DNA from: Macrostomum lignano
Lineage: Eukaryota
Reading direction: 5' to 3'
Assembly (NCBI GenBank): GCA_002269645.1
Contig: NIVC01001122.1
Coordinates: 62,001 to 126,000 of the forward strand
Length of the DNA stretch: 64,000 nucleotides
Shown here: positions 54,771 through 64,000 of the stretch, in pieces
Position numbering within the stretch: position 1 is the first letter of the stretch
Layout of the letters: each line of letters starts with the position of its first letter
Position numbers and translations under genes: made by a program
The notes under the pieces: generated by a model
What the model was told of the DNA's origin: nothing
What the model saw: only the letters and a program-made list of their open reading frames with translations
The model's database searches: none

Positions 54771-57235
54771 AGTGAGAGAGAAGAGAGAAGAGAGATAGGA
54801 GAAAGGAGAGACGACGGAATAAAGGAGAAGAGAGGAGACGAGAGGAGAGGAGAGATGAAAGAAATAGGAGAGAGGAGAGAGGGAGAGGAGAGGAGAGAAG
54901 GGAGACGAGAGGAGACGAGAGGAGAGGAGAGATGAAAGAAATAGGAGAGAGGAGAGAGGGAGAGGAGAGGAGAGAAGGGAGACGAGAGGAGTCGAGAGGA
55001 GAGGAGAGATGAAATAGGAGAGAGGAGAGAGGGGAGAGAAGAGGAGAAAAGGGAGACGAGAGGAGTCGAGAGGAGAGGAGAGATGAAATAGGAGAGAGGA
55101 GAGAGGGGAGAGGAGAGGAGAGATGAAATAGGAAAGAGAGGAGACGAGAGGAGAGGAGAGAAGGGAGACGAGAGGAGTCGAGAGGAGAGGAGAGATGAAA
55201 TAGGAGAGAGGAGAGAGGGGAGAGGAGAGGAGAGAAGGGAGACGAGAGGAGACGAGAGGAGAGGAGAGATGAAATAGGAGAGAGGAGAGAGGGGAGATGA
55301 GAGGAGAGATGAAATAGGAGAGAGAGGAGACGAGAGGAGAGGAGAGATGAAATAGGAGAGAGGAGAGAGGGGAGAGGAGAGGAGAGAAGGGAGACGAGAG
55401 GAGTCGAGAGGAGAGGAGAGATGAAATAGGAGAGAGGAGAGAGGGGAGAGGAGAGGAGAGAAGGGAGACGAGAGGAGACGAGAGGAGAGGAGAGATGAAA
55501 TAGGAGAGAGGAGAGAAGGGAGACGAGAGGAGACGAGAGGAGAGGAGAGATGAAATAGGAGAGAGGAGAGAGGGGAGAGAAGAGGAGAGAAGGGAGACGA
55601 GAGGAGACGAGAGGAGAGGAGAGATGAAATAGGAGAGAGGAGAGAGGGGAGAGGAGAGGAGAGAAGGGAGACGAGAGGAGTCGAGAGGAGAGGAGAGATG
55701 AAATAGGAGAGAGGAGAGAGGGGAGAGGAGAGGAGAGAAGGGAGACGAGAGGAGTCGAGAGGAGAGGAGAGATGAAATAGGAGAGAGGAGAGAGGGGAGA
55801 GGAGAGGAGAGAAGGGAGACGAGAGGAGACGAGAGGAGAGGAGAGATGAAATAGGAGAGAGGAGAGAGGGGAGATGAGAGGAGAGATGAAATAGGAGAGA
55901 GAGGAGACGAGAGGAGAGGAGAGATGAAATAGGAGAGAGGAGAGAGGGAGAGGAGAGGAGAAAAGGGAGACGAGAGGAGACGAGAGGAGAGGAGAGATGA
56001 AATAGGAGAGAGGAGAGAGGGAGAGGAGAGGAGAGAAGGGAGACGAGAGGAGACGAGAGGAGAGGAGAGATGAAATAGGAGAGAGGAGAGAGGGGAGAGG
56101 AGAGGAGAGAAGGGAGACGAGAGGAGACGAGAGGAGAGGAGAGATGAAATAGGAGAGAGGAGAGAGGGGAGAGGAGATGAGAGATGAAATAGGAGAGAGA
56201 GGAGACGAGAGGAGACGAGAGATGAAATAGGAGAGAGGAGAGAGGGGAGAGGAGAGGAGAGAAGGGAGACGAGAGGAGACGAGAGGAGAGGAGAGATGAA
56301 ATAGGAGAGAGGAGAGAGGGGAGAGGAGAGGAGAGAAGGGAGACGAGAGGAGTCGAGAGGAGAGGAGAGATGAAATAGGAGAGAGGAGAGAGGGGAGAGG
56401 AGAGGAGAGAAGGGAGACGAGAGGAGTCGAGAGGAGAGGAGAGATGAAATAGGAGAGAGGAGAGAGGGGAGAGGAGAGGAGAGAAGGGAGACGAGAGGAG
56501 ACGAGAGGAGAGGAGAGATGAAATAGGAGAGAGGAGAGAGGGGAGATGAGAGGAGAGATGAAATAGGAGAGAGAGGAGACGAGAGGAGAGGAGAGATAAA
56601 ATAGGAGAGAGGAGAGAGGGAGAGGAGAGGAGAAAAGGGAGACGAGAGGAGACGAGAGGAGAGGAGAGATGAAATAGGAGAGAGGAGAGAGGGAGAGGAG
56701 AGGAGAGAAGGGAGACGAGAGGAGACGAGAGGAGAGGAGAGATGAAATAGGAGAGAGGAGAGAGGGGAGAGGAGATGAGAGATGAAATAGGAGAGAGAGG
56801 AGACGAGAGGAGACGAGAGATGAAATAGGAGAGAGGAGAGAGGGGAGAGGAGAGGAGAGAAGGGAGACGAGAGGAGACGAGAGGAGAGGAGAGATGAAAT
56901 AGGAGAGAGGAGAGAGGGGAGAGGAGAGGAGAGAAGGGAGACGAGAGGAGACGAGAGGAGAGGAGAGATGAAATAGGAGAGAGGAGAGAGGGGAGAGGAG
57001 ATGAGAGATGAAATAGGAGAGAGAGGAGACGAGAGGAGACGAGAGATGAAATAGGAGAGAGGAGAGAGGGGAGAGGAGAGGAGAGAAGGGAGACGAGAGG
57101 AGACGAGAGGAGAGGAGAGATGAAATAGGAGAGAGGAGAGAGGGGAGAGGAGAGGAGAGAAGGGAGACGAGAGGAGACGAGAGGAGAGGAGAGATGAAAT
57201 AGGAGAGAGGAGAGAGGGGAGAGGAGAGGAGAGCG
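54771..57235. repeat. GA-rich composite minisatellite (units of about 50-75 bp built from GAGAG, GAGAC and GAGATGAAATAG)
   Basis: Read directly; almost purine-only plus strand. Confidence 0.96.
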
Positions 57236-57777
57236 TGAGCGTGCCGCATTGCTATTGTGATCTTTCAAAGGATCCGAGGGCCAGATAGAGAGGCTTTGCG
57301 GTCCGGAGTTAGCCGATCCCTGCACTGTAAACCGCAGGGGTCCGAAAAAAGGTCCAGCAGGGGTCCGTATGTTAGGGTCCGCAGCGTCGCTATATACGGA
57401 CCCTACAGGTCCGAATGCAAGAAGGGTGCGTTTCGAGTGGTTCGTTTAAAAGGTTGTACCAGCTTTATGCTGATTTTATCGGCACGCTTAGAAGTTAGAT
57501 CAAATAATGCAAATCCTTTTTAATAAAAGTACTTACTGTACGCAATCAAGAACACCCAGCAGTTTTTGTATGAAAAAATCACTGACAGAAAATTAATCGA
57601 TATGCAAGTCTTGAATTTGTAACCATAAATTACAACACTAATGTCTGTCTGCCATACAAATGCTTCCTATCGTATAATAATTATCACAGTGTATTTTGAC
57701 ATGCACGTTCACTACCTGGTGTTTTATAACTTTTTGCAACGTGAAATACTAATACAACGTACATACACACGAATGAA

Positions 57778-60017
<2,240 letters not shown>

Positions 60018-60397
60018 ACAGTCTGACCTGCACGATAAAAATTATTTTCAAAGTCGGCTGCAAAACAAACTCGTGTTGCTAGATATTTTGTAAGAGATCG
60101 CCTCGAGGCAAGCAGCTGCAGGCTCAGCTAGTTAGTATGCCAGCACTCAGCCGCTGTGCTTGGTCATTGTCTGAACAATAGCAGCGCCTGAGGCGCCTCT
60201 GGATAAAAGCCCTCTAAGCCAGCCACTTCTCGAATGCAGCCAGTTTTGGCAGAACTGCATGCCTCAGGGGGTCGGTGAGCAAACCGGTTAGAAAACTGAT
60301 GCAGCTGTGTCACGAATGCTGCAGAACACGAGCTGCGGTGAGCACGTTCTGCAACACGTGCGGCCCGTCTCCGACGCCCCGGGCCAGCTCTCCCATC

Positions 60398-60403
60398 TAT
60401 AAA
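60398..60403 (+). promoter_or_regulatory. TATA box of the secreted-protein gene
   Basis: TATAAA 111 bp upstream of the ATG, with an Inr-like CAGTC about 30 bp downstream. Confidence 0.6.
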
Positions 60404-60508
60404 TAGAAGCAGCTCAAGCGGGCCCGCAGTCAAGCCGCAGTCCATCAGGGCAGCCGTTCTTCCAAGCTCTCAGAGAATCAAAAAGCCCCAGAAATCAATC
60501 AGTCAGTC

Positions 60509-60991
60509 ATGCGCTTCGCCCTGCTGGCCCTCGCCCTCGCCTTCGCTCTACTGGCGGCGACGGTGCGCGCTGACTATGCCAACTTCGAAAACGCCGATGA
60601 CGATTCCATTGAAGACCAGGCCGAGTCCTTCGACGATGTCGATGAGGCCGATGAGGCCGACTATGCTGACGAAGCGGACGAGGATGTTGAAGATGAGGAG
60701 AAGGAAGAGTGCTCGCCGGAGCCGAAGACCGAGACCAAGACCCTGGGAGGCAAGGAGATCCGCCAGGAGACCGAGAACATCTTCGTCCGAGGCCGCTGCG
60801 TCCGCGTGCTGAAGGGCGGCAGCCCGGAGGCCTACACCACCGCTGGCAGCTGCATGCGCTGCAAATCCAGCGGCGGAAGGTGGAGCTGCGTCGGTTCGCC
60901 GTTGGCCAGAAGCACGAAGTGCGCCATGGTGACGGGCCCCGACTGCAATCTGCACTCCGTTGACAGGTCCGACCACACCAAGGCGTGTTGA
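60509..60991 (+). CDS. Single-exon secreted protein, 160 aa: signal peptide, Asp/Glu-rich tract and an 8-Cys domain resembling beta-microseminoprotein (PSP94)
   Basis: Hydrophobic N-terminus ending VRA; Cys spacing with YTT..C..C, DC and V...D..K.C; GC3-rich codon usage; TATA box and AATAAA present. Confidence 0.8.
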   Translation: MRFALLALALAFALLAATVRADYANFENADDDSIEDQAESFDDVDEADEADYADEADEDVEDEEKEECSPEPKTETKTLGGKEIRQETENIFVRGRCVRVLKGGSPEAYTTAGSCMRCKSSGGRWSCVGSPLARSTKCAMVTGPDCNLHSVDRSDHTKAC

Positions 60992-61124
60992 AGAACTTTT
61001 AAACAGTCATTAGAAGTTCTGAAATGAAATGCTAGCTGAGATTGACTATCACTCGAATCTGAATACTCATTTTTACCTAGCAATTGCTTTTTGAATTAGT
61101 AAAACTAGATTTGATCGAAAGCTA

Positions 61125-61130
61125 AATAAA
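61125..61130 (+). terminator. Polyadenylation signal AATAAA
   Basis: 134 bp after the stop codon of 60509-60991. Confidence 0.55.
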
Positions 61131-61324
61131 CGAGCATTGTTCAACACCTTCGCATCGAAGCAGCGTTCAGTTTAATTATTTTAAATTTGCTGCTCAAATC
61201 AATATCAAATTTAGGTCATTCAATAGGAATAGAAGTGAGAGTCACCCAGGATCTGCCCCTAGAGTCACCCACTGATTTCTTATTTACAATATACCCTGAC
61301 GAAGACCGGGTTTGGGTAAAAAAA

Positions 61325-62153
<829 letters not shown>

Positions 62154-62579
62154 GGCCACAGTTGTTCCTTGTGGCAGTTAATCGCATACAGACCGCCCAT
62201 CAAATATAATAGGATTTGACAGACGGAGCTCATCTGGATACGAGCGTACTATGTCCAGTCTAGTCGAGCCATCAGGTTAATCTCTCGATGCGATATCTAC
62301 CCTCGTGGCATTGGGCTTAGCTGTAAAACTGCGTGGATTAAATGGGAGCACTCTTCGATATGAAGCGATTGGAGCTATAGGATTGGCCTCCATCAAATTT
62401 TACTCAGTTTAATATCCGCAGGACTTCAGACTGTGCCGGCATTTTGAGGCTAATATTTTGATGGAATGACTTTGTTTGAGCACGAGATGTTGATTATATT
62501 GAACACGATTCTGGACGTGTCTGATAGTATGTTTACTTCATCAATGATGTTTATCTACAGACTGCATGGTTACCATAGA

Positions 62580-63449
62580 GATGTGTATTGACATGGACAA
62601 GTTGCCATCAAAAGTGTGTAACTATATACAGACTGGTTACCATACCGATGTGTATTGACATGGACAAGTTGCCATCAAAAGTGTGTAACTATATACAGAC
62701 TGGTTACCATACCGATGTGTATTGACATGGACAAGTTGCCATCAAGAGTGTGTAACTATATACAGACTGGTTACCATACCGATGTGTATTGACATGGACA
62801 GGTTGCCATCAAGAGTGTGTAACTATATACAGACTGGTTACCATACCGATGTGTATTGACATGGACAAGTTGCCATCAAGAGTGTGTAACTATATACAGA
62901 CTGGTTACCATACCGATGTGTATTGACATGGACAAGTTGCCATCAAGAGTGTGTAACTATATACAGACTGGTTACCATACCGATGTGTATTGACATGGAC
63001 AGGGTGCCATCAAAAGTGTGTAACTATATACAGACTGGTTACCATACCGATGTGTATTGACATGGACAGGTTGCCATCAAAAGTGTGTAACTATATACTG
63101 ACTGGTTACCATACCGATGTGTATTGACATGGACAAGTTGCCATCAAGAGTGTGTAACTATATACTGACTGGTTACCATACCGATGTGTATTGACATGGA
63201 CAAGTTGCCATCAAGAGTGTGTAACTATATACAGACTGGTTACCATACCGATGTGTATTGACATGGACAGGGTGCCATCAAGAGTGTGTAACTATATACA
63301 GACTGGTTACCATACCGATGTGTATTGACATGGACAGGGTGCCATCAAAAGTGTGTAACTATATACAGACTGGTTACCATACCGATGTGTATTGACATGG
63401 ACAAGTTGCCATCAAAAGTGTGTAACTATATACTGACTGGTTACCATAC
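62580..63449. repeat. 67-bp minisatellite, about 13 copies
   Basis: GATGTGTATTGACATGGACAAGTTGCCATCAAAAGTGTGTAACTATATACAGACTGGTTACCATACC. Confidence 0.96.

Positions 63450-64000
<551 letters not shown>

Noticed and set aside
54656-57325. 889-aa and 848-aa Leu/Ser/Pro ORFs
   Set aside because: Artefacts of the stop-free pyrimidine strand of the GA-rich repeat.

Overview
Eukaryotic (animal) genomic DNA with spliceosomal introns and a very high density of mini- and microsatellites. The style is consistent with a flatworm such as Macrostomum (inference only). Positions 1-12490 hold the right part of a large tyrosine-recombinase (Crypton-like) element that ends at a (TGTC)12 microsatellite in an intron of a minus-strand RALGAPB gene. 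Inside the element, about 40 copies of a 71-bp palindrome-bearing repeat fill the putative introns of one phase-compatible plus-strand gene model. That model joins tandemly repeated 216-226-nt exons, a Dbf4/ASK module (motifs N, M and C) and a zinc-finger + tyrosine recombinase + SANT-like module, giving a predicted Dbf4-recombinase fusion. Two single-base indels must be corrected for it to read through. The rest of the window holds the 5' exons of RALGAPB (a different minisatellite in nearly every intron), an apparently intact 6.6-kb hAT transposon with a 9-exon transposase, a 10.3-kb 37-bp satellite, and a 3'-truncated Mag-type Ty3/Gypsy element. It also holds exons of an unidentified plus-strand gene, a small secreted PSP94-like gene, long (TATC)n and GA-rich tracts, and the 3' end of a LINE. 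All coordinates and translations were derived by hand; no database searches were run.
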